A DNA stretch of 24,000 nucleotides from Escherichia coli (lineage in GTDB: Bacteria; Pseudomonadota; Gammaproteobacteria; Enterobacterales; Enterobacteriaceae). The translations under genes were made by a program, and so were the position numbers. Shown here one piece after another: positions 1 to 9,211 of the stretch; position 1 is the first letter of the stretch; every line of letters starts with the position of its first letter. Below the pieces are notes generated by a model. That model had not been told where the DNA came from, searched no databases, and saw only the letters and a program-made list of their open reading frames with translations. The DNA is taken from assembly GCF_002787645.1 (NCBI RefSeq), contig NZ_CP024827.1; one strand, 5' to 3'.

Positions 1-583
1 CTTTTGTTTGCTTATCACGCATTATTGCGGGTAAAACCAAATACGTAAAGGCGCGTTTTGCCGCAGGGATCCTGTTTTAAGCCAGTCATGGTGCGGGCTG
101 AGGACTGGTTTGCCGTTTTTGGGAGAATTGGGGTAATGCCAGGACAGGCAGAAACGGAGAAAAAATCCTGCAGACGCCCTTAAAAGACAACTGAAAATTT
201 CTGACTCCATATTCCTCTGGTTTCAGACTGCTTAATCACATCATCAACCTGATACATAACAAACAGATTCTGTTCACAGAATGAACAATTAAGTAAATGG
301 TTAGATTATGCGAAAAAGTACAGATATTTCTCACCATCGTTATTGAATAATATGTCTTCACACAAACAATATTAATATTTTGAGTGTAAGCCCTGACTCA
401 AAGAAAGAAATGTCTGTTTTCGGAATCAAAAATATATAGTTATCAAAATACATTAATTTCAAATTTGAAATTAATGTAAAACGATTTAGTAAATGTTATG
501 ATATTATAAATCTACTCCTCCATGTTTAGAGGAGTATTTGCAGACTGGACGCTCTTATATAGTTACTTACCTTTATACATATT

Positions 584-1255
584 CTAACATAAGCATTTAC
601 CAACCTTACAGGGAACAGACCATAGTAGTTTATATTTCCATTCAGGTCTGAATGCACCGATAGAATATATCATCTTTTTATTATTATCCTGACAATACCT
701 TCGCGCTTTATCTATATTCAGCCACATAAGGACACTTCCCGGACTTAGTTTCATGCAATTCTCATCATTCAGAACTGCACCATTTGGAACGTCATAATAA
801 ACATTACATGAGCTTTCAGATTTCAGTACTATATCAATAGCACACGGTTTATTATCCCAGAATAGCACATGGCCAAACATAAGTTCTCGTAAGTGAGAAA
901 TAAACATTAACAGATTATCATATTCGTAGCAAGGTAGGGTACCTCCAAACCGGGAATGAAAAAGTGATATATAAGAGCTGGATATTTCTTTATCGGATAA
1001 CTGGCTTATACACTTAATCTCTCCGCCATTCCTGATAAATCTCTGGATTTCATTTCGGCGAGTTTTTTCAAATTTAGGTGAAAAAGATTCCTTTATAATA
1101 CAATTTTGTTTTTTTCTGGCTATTTTCCATGTTGCATTGATAATATTTTGTTTATTTATAATTGATAATTTATTAGTTTTATCCGGAAAAAAACATCTTG
1201 CATGTGGGGAAAAAGGAATTAATACCTCATCAGATGAAAGAGGATAAGACCTTCT
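584..1255 (-). pseudogene. Mig-14-family protein, N-terminus removed at the IS1 junction
   Basis: The tracked ORF (584..907) is only the part from an internal Met. Manual reading of the minus strand shows the frame open up to the IS1 end at 1255 (…FEKTRRNEIQRFIRNGGEIKCISQLSDKDISSSYISSLF…LRELMFGHVLFWDNKPCAIDIV…LSPGSVLMWLNIDKARRYC…FRPEWKYKLLWSVP), which resembles Mig-14 family C-terminal regions. Confidence 0.7.
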
Positions 1256-1310
1256 GGTGATGCTGCCAACTTACTGATTTAGTGTATGATGGTGTTTTTG
1301 AGGTGCTCCA

Positions 1311-1586
1311 GTGGCTTCTGTTTCTATCAGCTGTCCCTCCTGTTCAGCTACTGACGGAGTGGTGCGTAACGGCAAAAGCACCGCCGGACATCAGCGCTAT
1401 CTCTGCTCTCATTGCCGTAAAACATGGCAACTGCAGTTCACTTACACCGCTTCTCAACCCGGTACGCACCAGAAAATCATTGATATGGCCATGAATGGCG
1501 TTGGATGCCGGGCAACCGCCCGCATTATGGGCGTTGGCCTCAACACGATTTTCCGCCATTTAAAAAACTCAGGCCGCAGTCGGTAA
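1311..1586 (+). CDS. insA: IS1 InsA protein
   Basis: [39 protein letters not shown]… 91 aa, zinc-finger InsA sequence. Confidence 0.95.
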   Translation: MASVSISCPSCSATDGVVRNGKSTAGHQRYLCSHCRKTWQLQFTYTASQPGTHQKIIDMAMNGVGCRATARIMGVGLNTIFRHLKNSGRSR

Positions 1587-2008
1587 CCTCGCGCATACAG
1601 CCGGGCAGTGACGTCATCGTCTGCGCGGAAATGGACGAACAGTGGGGATACGTCGGGGCTAAATCGCGCCAGCGCTGGCTGTTTTACGCGTATGACAGGC
1701 TCCGGAAGACGGTTGTTGCGCACGTATTCGGTGAACGCACTATGGCGACGCTGGGGCGTCTTATGAGCCTGCTGTCACCCTTTGACGTGGTGATATGGAT
1801 GACGGATGGCTGGCCGCTGTATGAATCCCGCCTGAAGGGAAAGCTGCACGTAATCAGCAAGCGATATACGCAGCGAATTGAGCGGCATAACCTGAATCTG
1901 AGGCAGCACCTGGCACGGCTGGGACGGAAGTCGCTGTCGTTTTCAAAATCGGTGGAGCTGCATGACAAAGTCATCGGGCATTATCTGAACATAAAACACT
2001 ATCAATAA
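1505..2008 (+). CDS. insB: IS1 InsB transposase (expressed as InsAB' frameshift fusion)
   Basis: [51 protein letters not shown]… overlapping insA in another frame. Confidence 0.95.
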   Translation: MPGNRPHYGRWPQHDFPPFKKLRPQSVTSRIQPGSDVIVCAEMDEQWGYVGAKSRQRWLFYAYDRLRKTVVAHVFGERTMATLGRLMSLLSPFDVVIWMTDGWPLYESRLKGKLHVISKRYTQRIERHNLNLRQHLARLGRKSLSFSKSVELHDKVIGHYLNIKHYQ

Positions 2009-2023
2009 GTTGGAGTCATTACC

Positions 2024-2222
2024 AACCGGATGGAGACATTGCAGGATTAGGTTTGTGAGTGGATGCATAGTCATATATTGCACCTCCAGCCACACCCCCA
2101 GCAGCTGCTCCAATTCCTCCTGCAACAAATTGTCCGGATAGTGTTCCTATAGCCATCGCAATATCACGCCCTGAAGCACCACCAGAAACAGAATCTAATT
2201 CATTTAGAGTCAGAGTTCTCAT
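2024..2222 (-). pseudogene. cvaC: Microcin V (colicin V) precursor, 3' end lost at IS1
   Basis: MRTLTLNELDSVSGG|ASGRDIAMAIGTLSGQFVAGGIGAAAGGVAGGAIYDYASTHKPNPAMSPSG is the double-glycine leader plus N-terminal mature microcin V; the sequence then enters IS1 and stops, so the C-terminal third is missing. Confidence 0.95.
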
Positions 2223-2436
2223 ATGATCTCCTTTTTATCTTATCGGATATTGAATAATAATTATCACCAACAAAGTAACATATTGCAGACATTAATATAG
2301 AGAAGCAAAATGTATGCATGGATAAAAAGTCCTTTCCTCTAAAAACACAATCATATATAGCTAATGCAATATATATTGCGGTGGCATTTATTATAAATGC
2401 AAATAACAACTCTAATTTTGTTCTTTTTCTATCCAT
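2200..2436 (-). CDS. cvi: Microcin V immunity protein
   Basis: 78 aa MDRKRTKLELLFAFIINATAIYIALAIYDCVFRGKDF…, overlaps the start of cvaC as in the ColV operon. Confidence 0.93.
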   Translation of the reverse strand: MDRKRTKLELLFAFIINATAIYIALAIYDCVFRGKDFLSMHTFCFSILMSAICYFVGDNYYSISDKIKRRSYENSDSK

Positions 2437-2481
2437 TACTTTTTATCCCATTACTTTCTATCCCATTACCATACAAACACT

Positions 2482-2500
2482 AACGATAATGATTATCGTT
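2482..2500. promoter_or_regulatory. Candidate Fur box upstream of cvi
   Basis: Perfect 9+1+9 palindrome AACGATAAT G ATTATCGTT, close to the Fur consensus GATAATGATTATCATTATC, 46 bp upstream of the cvi start. Confidence 0.85.
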
Positions 2501-2899
2501 CACATAGTCAAGAGTGAAGGGGAGGGGGCCCTCACCCCCTATAAGGGGTCCGCTTGGAAAACGGATTTCCCCACGTCAAGAGAATTGAGTTGAACGAGTG
2601 GTTACATCCAAGCCAGCTAACTCACTGAACGTAAAGGATGTACGAAATGCTCCTACCGTCCGATAACCATTTGGCTTACTTCCGTACATTCCCTTGCGTA
2701 GATGTTCAGAATTGTACGATTTCGGACACCAAAACCGCTGTTGTCCCGCCATTCTGGCGATTCCTGAAAGTCATTTGACTAAAAAATAGTCTTAACGTGG
2801 TTTATTTTCCGAATTCCAAGCGGCCCGCCCTACATTTATACAATGTCCGGCAGGGCATAAAAGGGGCGAAAGAAAATACCTGGGCGAAGTCGCTGAACA

Positions 2900-3181
2900 T
2901 CATTCTGGCGATTTCAATAAAGGTACTTGCTCACGCTCTGTCATTTTCTGAAACTCTTCATGCTGCATTTCGATTTTCCTTCTAAGATCATAACTCGCAT
3001 ACCTGTTCTTTTTATGTATATCTATATCTATTTTTGTGACGAGTTCAAACCACAATGTTCGCACTCCCCATGCAGCGTTATGAAACATTTCCGCAACGGC
3101 TATAGAGTCTGTATTAACTGCTTCAGTCATGTAGTCGCTAATACGTTCAGCGGTAATTTTCGTTATTTCATCGTAATTCAT
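2900..3181 (-). CDS. Hypothetical protein (93 aa)
   Basis: ORF with ATG and a purine-rich upstream region; no family recognised. Confidence 0.4.
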   Translation of the reverse strand: MNYDEITKITAERISDYMTEAVNTDSIAVAEMFHNAAWGVRTLWFELVTKIDIDIHKKNRYASYDLRRKIEMQHEEFQKMTEREQVPLLKSPE

Positions 3182-3350
3182 TTTATCTCCTACAAGATTA
3201 TTTAATGGAATGCAAAATATCTGGCCTGATAATAATGTTCCAGAATTAATATCTGCAGGCTATGTTAAGTTGTCCCCACACACAATCTACCTGTTTTCTC
3301 GTGTGTGCCACAGGAGCAATACATAAATAGTCTGGCCATTAAGTTCGTAA

Positions 3351-3521
3351 CCAGCTGCTGTAGCTCTTAGTTTGTTTTCTTTGACATTAGGCTCGGCCCT
3401 TATAGCCTTTGGTCTTCCGGCCACAGTTGTTGGTTTTGTTGGCGTAGTTATTGCAGGTGCTATTGGTGCATTTATCGATGATAAATTTGTTGATGAGTTG
3501 AATCACAAGATCATAAAATAA
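3351..3521 (+). pseudogene. cba: Colicin B activity gene, 3' remnant only
   Basis: In-frame PAAVALSLFSLTLGSALIAFGLPATVVGFVGVVIAGAIGAFIDDKFVDELNHKIIK* matches the hydrophobic C-terminal end of a pore-forming colicin; convergent with cbi. Some similarity may extend leftward in another frame (…YINSLAIKFVTS). Confidence 0.85.
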
Positions 3522-3526
3522 TTAAA

Positions 3527-3553
3527 AGGAAGGCAGTGTTACTGCCTCCCTTT
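3527..3553. terminator. Convergent terminator between cba remnant and cbi
   Basis: Hairpin AGGCAGT-GTT-ACTGCCT (3531-3547) flanked by A- and T-rich tracts. Confidence 0.6.
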
Positions 3554-4066
3554 AAAATATTTAATGACAAGCAATGGCATCAGTAAAATCGCATATGTCA
3601 TGGTTAAAACAGTAAAGTAAATGGAGCAGTATAAAATAAAAAGAGTGATGACATTATGAGATAATAATTTAAAAAAACCACCTGCTGTTGTTAGTTCCAG
3701 ATTATAGAACAGTGTGATATAAATCAGAATGGCATAAAAAACGGCCCCCCAGAAACAGGATTGCACAACAAGTTTTCTTGTTACTGGCTTTATGATTTCT
3801 CTTGTCTTATATGTGCAAAGAAAAACGAGAATACCCATAACTGGTGCTGTCTTGTTGTAGTTTGACATAAGTGCTGTCATGACGGGATCATGCAATGATG
3901 TAATAGAAGGGAGAAATGCAACCTTATTATATAAGTAGTACAGCACTTGAGAATATGGATTATTTATCCGAAGTATTAATATAGCCATTAATGGAATAAT
4001 ACCGATTATGGAAAATGCATATAATATTTCGTTTGCTTTCTTGTTCTTATCTTTATTGCTGGTCAT
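3539..4066 (-). CDS. cbi: Colicin B immunity protein (175 aa from MTSNKDKNKK…)
   Basis: MTSNKDKNKKANEILYAFSIIGIIPLMAILILRINNPYSQVLYYLYNK… multi-pass membrane immunity protein; the tracked ORF start at 4117 is probably 17 codons too early. Confidence 0.92.
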   Translation of the reverse strand: MTSNKDKNKKANEILYAFSIIGIIPLMAILILRINNPYSQVLYYLYNKVAFLPSITSLHDPVMTALMSNYNKTAPVMGILVFLCTYKTREIIKPVTRKLVVQSCFWGAVFYAILIYITLFYNLELTTAGGFFKLLSHNVITLFILYCSIYFTVLTMTYAILLMPLLVIKYFKGRQ

Positions 4067-4309
4067 ATATATACCTTTTTGTATTTTTATATATAGATTA
4101 TATATCAGAGTTCTCAATATATTTCCAGTATTTAATGGAGTGTACAGATATATATCTTATATATGGTAGTTCAGGTGCTTCCCTACCATTTTTAACGGCA
4201 TATCCGGCAAACAATGTTATGGGGAGCCTCTCTCATGGGGTTCGTTCGCCGGTGTAAGCGTTAGCCAGCCGCGAACTCTATTATCTTATTAACTTATAAG
4301 GAGTTATGT

Positions 4310-5125
4310 ATGGAAACCTTAACTGTTCATGCACCATCACCATCAACTAACTTACCAAGTTATGGCAATGGTGCATTTTCTCTTTCAGCACCGCATGTTC
4401 CTGGTGCTGGACCTCTTTTAGTCCAGGTTGTTTATAGTTTTTTCCAGAGTCCAAACATGTGTCTTCAGGCTTTAACTCAACTTGAGGATTACATCAAAAA
4501 ACATGGGGCTAGCAACCCTCTCACATTGCAGATCATATCGACAAATATTGGTTACTTCTGTAACGCCGACCGAAATCTGGTTCTTCACCCTGGAATAAGC
4601 GTTTATGACGCTTACCACTTCTCAAAACCAGCGCCAAGTCAATATGACTATCGCTCAATGAATATGAAACAAATGAGCGGTAATGTCACTACACCAATTG
4701 TGGCGCTTGCTCACTATTTATGGGGTAATGGCGCTGAAAGGAGCGTTAATATCGCCAACATTGGTCTTAAAATTTCCCCTATGAAAATTAATCAGATAAA
4801 AGACATTATAAAATCTGGTGTAGTAGGTACATTCCCTGTTTCTACAAAGTTCACACATGCCACTGGTGATTATAATGTTATTACCGGTGCATATCTTGGT
4901 AATATCACACTGAAAACAGAAGGTACTTTAACTATCTCTGCCAATGGCTCCTGGACTTACAATGGCGTTGTTCGTTCATATGATGATAAATACGATTTTA
5001 ACGCCAGCACTCACCGTGGCGTCATCGGAGAGTCGCTCACAAGGCTCGGGGCGATGTTTTCTGGTAAAGAGTACCAGATACTGCTTCCTGGTGAAATTCA
5101 CATTAAAGAAAGTGGTAAGCGATAA
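4310..5125 (+). CDS. cma: Colicin M
   Basis: 271 aa METLTVHAPSPSTNLPSYGNGAFSLSAPHVPGAGPLLVQVVYSFFQSPNM…; RBS taaggag upstream. Confidence 0.97.
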   Translation: METLTVHAPSPSTNLPSYGNGAFSLSAPHVPGAGPLLVQVVYSFFQSPNMCLQALTQLEDYIKKHGASNPLTLQIISTNIGYFCNADRNLVLHPGISVYDAYHFSKPAPSQYDYRSMNMKQMSGNVTTPIVALAHYLWGNGAERSVNIANIGLKISPMKINQIKDIIKSGVVGTFPVSTKFTHATGDYNVITGAYLGNITLKTEGTLTISANGSWTYNGVVRSYDDKYDFNASTHRGVIGESLTRLGAMFSGKEYQILLPGEIHIKESGKR

Positions 5126-5129
5126 TATA

Positions 5130-5153
5130 AGGGCCGGGATTCCGGCCTTTTTA
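5130..5153 (+). terminator. Terminator after cma
   Basis: GGGCCGG-GATT-CCGGCC followed by TTTTT. Confidence 0.75.
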
Positions 5154-5174
5154 TGCAGCCTTTATAACAGTGTA

Positions 5175-5528
5175 TTAGTCATTCGCATATTCAACATATC
5201 CCTCTTCACAATGGTACATGCCATAATACATTCTCTTACCCTCCGGACCTTCAGCTTTAAATGGGACAAGAAGTGTTTTTTCATCTTCAACATCTGTTAA
5301 ACTTCTCTCAATCTTTTCCCATGTAATTTTCGGGATTTCTGTACCAAGAAGTTGTACATCGTTGTCCCAGCGTTTCATTCTTTGCAGGTAATCATTTTTT
5401 ACAAACGTTCTGGCCTGTTCATCGCTGACCTGATAGCATGCCGGACCTTTATCTTCAGACCAGAAAAAAACAGCAGCAAGAGCAATAATCGTTAAAATAA
5501 AAATAAATTTCATGCTAATTACTTTCAT
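5175..5528 (-). CDS. cmi: Colicin M immunity protein (117 aa)
   Basis: MKVISMKFIFILTIIALAAVFFWSEDKGPACYQVSDEQARTFVKNDYLQRM…; 117 aa from the internal start, convergent with cma. Confidence 0.95.
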   Translation of the reverse strand: MKVISMKFIFILTIIALAAVFFWSEDKGPACYQVSDEQARTFVKNDYLQRMKRWDNDVQLLGTEIPKITWEKIERSLTDVEDEKTLLVPFKAEGPEGKRMYYGMYHCEEGYVEYAND

Positions 5529-5705
5529 AAAATCTCCACAACTTCTGTCGTTCATTCGATATAAAAAAACATTACGAATATATCCGTACAATGTGAGCAT
5601 ACTGTGAAGTGGCTTTAACAATTATGAAATAATACAAGAGATCACATATTGCAGTGGTCTCTTCTTTTATAGAATAAATCACAATTCATAATTATGATTT
5701 GTGAC

Positions 5706-6497
5706 TTATGCGTGTCTGTTTTTCAGCATTGTGACAGCATCGGACTCAGGAATCGAAAACTGCACCCGGTGCCGTGCAGCCACATCCAGCGCAAACACCT
5801 TCGTGTACACCTCTGTCGAACTAATCGACTTGTGCCCCATCAGGCTCTGCAGCACCTTCAGCGGAATACCAGCATACAGCATATGCATCGCGTAGGAATG
5901 GCGGAAAGTATGTGGGGTAACCGGAACAGAGAACGTCACGCCGTCGGCCGCAGCGGCCTCTACAGCTTCATTCAGCCAGGTGCGAACTGTGCGGTCGGTG
6001 ATTCCCCAGATGCGCGCCTTCTCCATTCTTCCGGTTCGTTTGTTTCTGCGCTCCAGTGGGATTTTCAGCGTGGCCACCATCATCTGCAGTTGGCTGACGT
6101 ATTGTGTATCGGACAGGGGAACCAGGCGATGCACCTGACTGCCAGCAGGGACACGGCCTGCCGTTCTGGTCGCTTTTTCAGTCCGTTGTTTGAGCGTGGC
6201 CAGCTGTACGAACGGATATGGCGGCGCCAGAGAAAAATCTCCCCGCGTCAGCGCCAGCGCTTCGTTTATACGTGCGCCCGTGTTCCACAGGGTGGCCAGC
6301 AACATTTTGCGGTGCAGATCCGGTACATAGTGGAGCAGGGCGCTGATCTCCGGCGCCAACAGATATTTTGGTAATTCGTCCTGCACAAGTGCCATCTGAC
6401 GTAGTGCCAGCGCAGCCGGGTAATCAATGGCAACAGGTAATGTTGCCGGAGGCGTTAAAAAAGAACCAGGCAGGGAAAGCAATTGTGGGCCACTCAT
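5706..6497 (-). CDS. resD: Tyrosine recombinase, ResD/plasmid Int type (263 aa)
   Basis: MSGPQLLSLPGSFLTPPATLPVAIDYPAALALRQM…; catalytic-type motifs ARINEALAL, TPHTFRHSYAMHML, LMGHKSISSTEVYTKVF. The symbol is a family-level call. Confidence 0.85.
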   Translation of the reverse strand: MSGPQLLSLPGSFLTPPATLPVAIDYPAALALRQMALVQDELPKYLLAPEISALLHYVPDLHRKMLLATLWNTGARINEALALTRGDFSLAPPYPFVQLATLKQRTEKATRTAGRVPAGSQVHRLVPLSDTQYVSQLQMMVATLKIPLERRNKRTGRMEKARIWGITDRTVRTWLNEAVEAAAADGVTFSVPVTPHTFRHSYAMHMLYAGIPLKVLQSLMGHKSISSTEVYTKVFALDVAARHRVQFSIPESDAVTMLKNRHA

Positions 6498-7183
6498 GAT
6501 GTCCCCTTTATGAAATCCTCAATCTCTTGCTCGGTCTTTTTAGACTTCTTTACCATTTCGTACTCCTTTTGGAGTGTTTTACCTCTGGCTTTCAACAATA
6601 CCAACCTCGTTGGCGATAGTGTATCGGAAAGGCCGTGCAGAGGGAGGCCACATAACATTCTCAGTTCTCGTGATAACCGCAGTGCTTTTACTCCCAACAT
6701 AGCTGCGTTTTTATGCAAACTATATTCACCCGCTCCACCATAAGGAGTATCTTCAACAAACACATTATCTACACACACGACAGCTTCGTAGCTGAGAACA
6801 GAGAGTTCGCTGAGCCTATACATCAGGCCAGAAGGAAGGGAGCGCCAGTTACCAGATACCGGGGAATAATCGATTTCCGGTAATAAGAACTCAGCTTCTC
6901 CTCTGCCATCCTGATCGTGCTCCACAGTTGCTGTTGCTGCTGGAGCGCAACGCTGCGCAAATCGCTCAAGTAAAAAAACCAGCTCTGTACTAATGTAAAG
7001 ACGCTCGCTGGCCAGCTTCGCTGCTGCAGTTCTCTCCTCACGTCTGAGTGTGAAGTGGTGAGTAAGGAACACCGCTCCGACAGCAGATGCGATGGTCGAT
7101 ACAGCTGTAATTATCTGCGGCCCCAGACTGGCGCTGTCCTTCACCACCTTCACGCCTTCGGTCGCAATAAACCAGTCAGCCAT
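6494..7183 (-). CDS. Hypothetical protein with N-terminal transmembrane segment (229 aa), 4-nt overlap with recombinase gene
   Basis: ATG-starting ORF, IITAVSTIASAVGAVFLTHHF hydrophobic stretch, translational overlap with the downstream recombinase gene. Confidence 0.7.
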   Translation of the reverse strand: MADWFIATEGVKVVKDSASLGPQIITAVSTIASAVGAVFLTHHFTLRREERTAAAKLASERLYISTELVFLLERFAQRCAPAATATVEHDQDGRGEAEFLLPEIDYSPVSGNWRSLPSGLMYRLSELSVLSYEAVVCVDNVFVEDTPYGGAGEYSLHKNAAMLGVKALRLSRELRMLCGLPLHGLSDTLSPTRLVLLKARGKTLQKEYEMVKKSKKTEQEIEDFIKGTS

Positions 7184-7226
7184 GTTTATTCCTTTATTGT
7201 TGAGAAATCCCGCCTTCTGTATGTAT

Positions 7227-7577
7227 TCAGCGGTCGGCAGCCAGTTCTTCAGCCAGCTTCACAAAGCCTTTGTGCTCAGTCTGCAGGTAATGGCTGTAAA
7301 TCCGGGCATCACGTTCTGTGAGCCCGGATGGATTGCCGGTGAAGTAACGTTGCAGCACCGCAATACAGTGATTGTAGGTATCGAGATCATATTCCCAGTT
7401 TCCCAGCTCACCGGCCGCATCCAGCTCCCGGCGAAACTGCTCGTATTTACGGAGCAGAATGCCAAGACCTAATTCTGTTGCAGCATAAACATTATTTTCT
7501 CCTGGCGCGGAAATCGCATTACGGATTTTTTCAAAAGCATAACTGAAATCATTTCTCTCATTGAATGCAGTAAACAT
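7227..7577 (-). CDS. Hypothetical protein (116 aa)
   Basis: MFTAFNERNDFSYAFEKIRNAISAPGENNVYAATELGLGIL…; same strand, 43 bp upstream of the 229-aa gene. Confidence 0.6.
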   Translation of the reverse strand: MFTAFNERNDFSYAFEKIRNAISAPGENNVYAATELGLGILLRKYEQFRRELDAAGELGNWEYDLDTYNHCIAVLQRYFTGNPSGLTERDARIYSHYLQTEHKGFVKLAEELAADR

Positions 7578-8073
7578 GTCCTTTCCTCAGTTGAATAGTT
7601 AGCCGTGCAATTTTACCACACCTCAATCATCGCCAGATGAGTGCCACTCTGTTGAGAACAGTGACTTTCACAAAAAATGAATTTCACATACTGAAATAAT
7701 AAGTAGCCATATAGAAACGCAGTTAAATTACCGGAGAGCCGTTTCCGTCAGATCCGACTTTCCGGAATATCACAACTTTCCGGAAGTGTACCACGCTGAG
7801 AAAATAATCATATCGCTGTTTTCCGCCCCTGCGCGGCGCATCACAGGTCAGGGAGATGACACAACATATAGTGTCATGAGCAGCTGAATGAGATACCACA
7901 TGTTGTGCTGACAGGAGGTGGCGTTGTGTGGGGGGAGAGGAAGATCCGTAACCTGGGGTTTTCGGATCTCCGGAGAAATAAGAAGAGGCAGGCATTGTTG
8001 TAGCATTAAAATCCTCAATTTTAGAAGCATCACAATTTTCAAAAACTAAAAAACTGATTAATAGCTAATAATA

Positions 8074-8090
8074 AAATGCTAGGTTAGCAT
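8074..8090. promoter_or_regulatory. Candidate operator palindrome upstream of the 363-aa gene
   Basis: AATGCTA-GGT-TAGCATT, perfect 7+3+7, 28 bp before the ATG. Confidence 0.5.
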
Positions 8091-8118
8091 TAAGAACAAA
8101 ACAAACATTAAAGGATCG

Positions 8119-9210
8119 ATGATGCTAAGCCAGCTTAACCTGCGTTTTCACAAAAAACTTATCGAGGCGCTGAAAACGCGTGCCGGTCGGGAAAATACTT
8201 CGGTCAACGCCCTAGCCGAACGCTTCCTCGATGACGGCCTGAAAACGGTCGCGCCCGGTGACGGGTATTTTCAGCTCATTGCCGATCCGGAGGCCACGGT
8301 CCGGCAGCTGTACCGGCATATCATTCTGGGCCAGACCTTCGGCACGTCAGCGCTCTCCCGCGACGAACTGCGCTTTGTCCTGGTTCACGTCAGGGAGGCC
8401 TTCCTGCGCGGGCATAATAGGCTGGCCACACTCCCGGCCCTGGACACGCTGCTGGACATCACTGGCAACCTGCTGGCCTGGCAGGTGGAGCACGATCGCC
8501 CTGTGGACGGTCACTACCTGAAGGGGATTTTCCGCCTGGCCGGGAAAAACTGGACGGAAGAGTTTGAAGCCTTCCGGGCAGCGCTGCGCCCCGTGGTGGA
8601 TCAGATGTATGCCGAACACCTCCTGCGTCCGCTCGAGAGCGACTGTTTTGGCCTGGCGGAGGTGCCGGACGCGGTGCTGGCAGAAATCTTCACCCTGCCG
8701 CGGCTGAAAGCTGTTTTCCCGTTGATGCTGCGCGGCCTGGACTGGAACACAGAACAGGCAAGAACGCTGGCACAGGAGCTGCGCCCGGTTATTTCTGCCG
8801 TCACGGAAACCATTGAGGCCGGCACGCTGCGCCTGGAGATCCGCGTTGACGGCCAGCACCCCGGAGAACGCCCGGGGGCCTGGTACACCACACCCCGTCT
8901 GCACCTGCTGATCACCGGCCAGGACTTCGTGGTGCCGTACGGCTGGGAAGCGTTATCCGAACTGCTGGGCCTGTTCACGCTGTATGCCCGGCATCCGGAA
9001 GCCCTGACGCACGGTCACCAGGGGGAGCGAGTGATGTTCTCCCCGCCCGGAAACGTCACGCCGGAGGGCTTCTTCGGGATAGACGGCCTGCGGATTTTTA
9101 TGCCGGCGGAGGCCTTTGAGACGCTGGTCCGGGAGCTCGCCACGCGGTGTCAAGAAGGCCCGCTGGCGGAGGCCCTGACCGGGCTGCGCTGCCTGTACGG
9201 AGATCTGTAA
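8119..9210 (+). CDS. Protein with ribbon-helix-helix-like N-terminus and large uncharacterised C-terminal region (363 aa)
   Basis: MMLSQLNLRFHKKLIEALKTRAGRENTSVNALAERFLDDGL resembles an Arc/RHH domain; RBS aaagga; stop lies 1 nt before the KAP NTPase ATG, so an operon is likely. Confidence 0.8.
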   Translation: MMLSQLNLRFHKKLIEALKTRAGRENTSVNALAERFLDDGLKTVAPGDGYFQLIADPEATVRQLYRHIILGQTFGTSALSRDELRFVLVHVREAFLRGHNRLATLPALDTLLDITGNLLAWQVEHDRPVDGHYLKGIFRLAGKNWTEEFEAFRAALRPVVDQMYAEHLLRPLESDCFGLAEVPDAVLAEIFTLPRLKAVFPLMLRGLDWNTEQARTLAQELRPVISAVTETIEAGTLRLEIRVDGQHPGERPGAWYTTPRLHLLITGQDFVVPYGWEALSELLGLFTLYARHPEALTHGHQGERVMFSPPGNVTPEGFFGIDGLRIFMPAEAFETLVRELATRCQEGPLAEALTGLRCLYGDL

Positions 9211-9211
9211 T

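Larger units (their letters stand above)
1256..2023 (+). mobile_element. IS1 (768 bp), complete
   Basis: Left end GGTGATGCTGCCAACTTACTGATTTAGTG, right end …ATCAATAAGTTGGAGTCATTACC; 768 bp between these ends; contains insA and insB reading frames. Flanking 9-mers agaccttct / aaccggatg are not duplicated. Confidence 0.97.

Noticed and set aside
22-210. 62-aa minus-strand ORF at the left edge
   Set aside because: No recognisable family, no clear RBS, next to the window boundary; could be part of a decayed element but this cannot be supported.
1344-1974. Minus-strand ORFs inside IS1
   Set aside because: Antisense shadows of insA/insB.
2521-2896. Possible decayed insertion sequence or pseudogene between cvi and the 93-aa ORF
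   Set aside because: No convincing terminal repeats or recognisable translated motif in any frame.
5694-6374. 226-aa plus-strand ORF opposite the recombinase
   Set aside because: Antisense to a gene with clear tyrosine-recombinase motifs; the translated sequence is low-complexity and lacks any family features.
7723-8042. Short minus-strand ORFs upstream of the 363-aa gene
   Set aside because: Likely spurious ORFs in a regulatory/intergenic stretch.
8347-8978. Minus-strand ORFs (185 aa, 125 aa) within the 363-aa gene
   Set aside because: Shadow ORFs in GC-rich coding sequence; the plus frame has start, RBS-like sequence and operon context.
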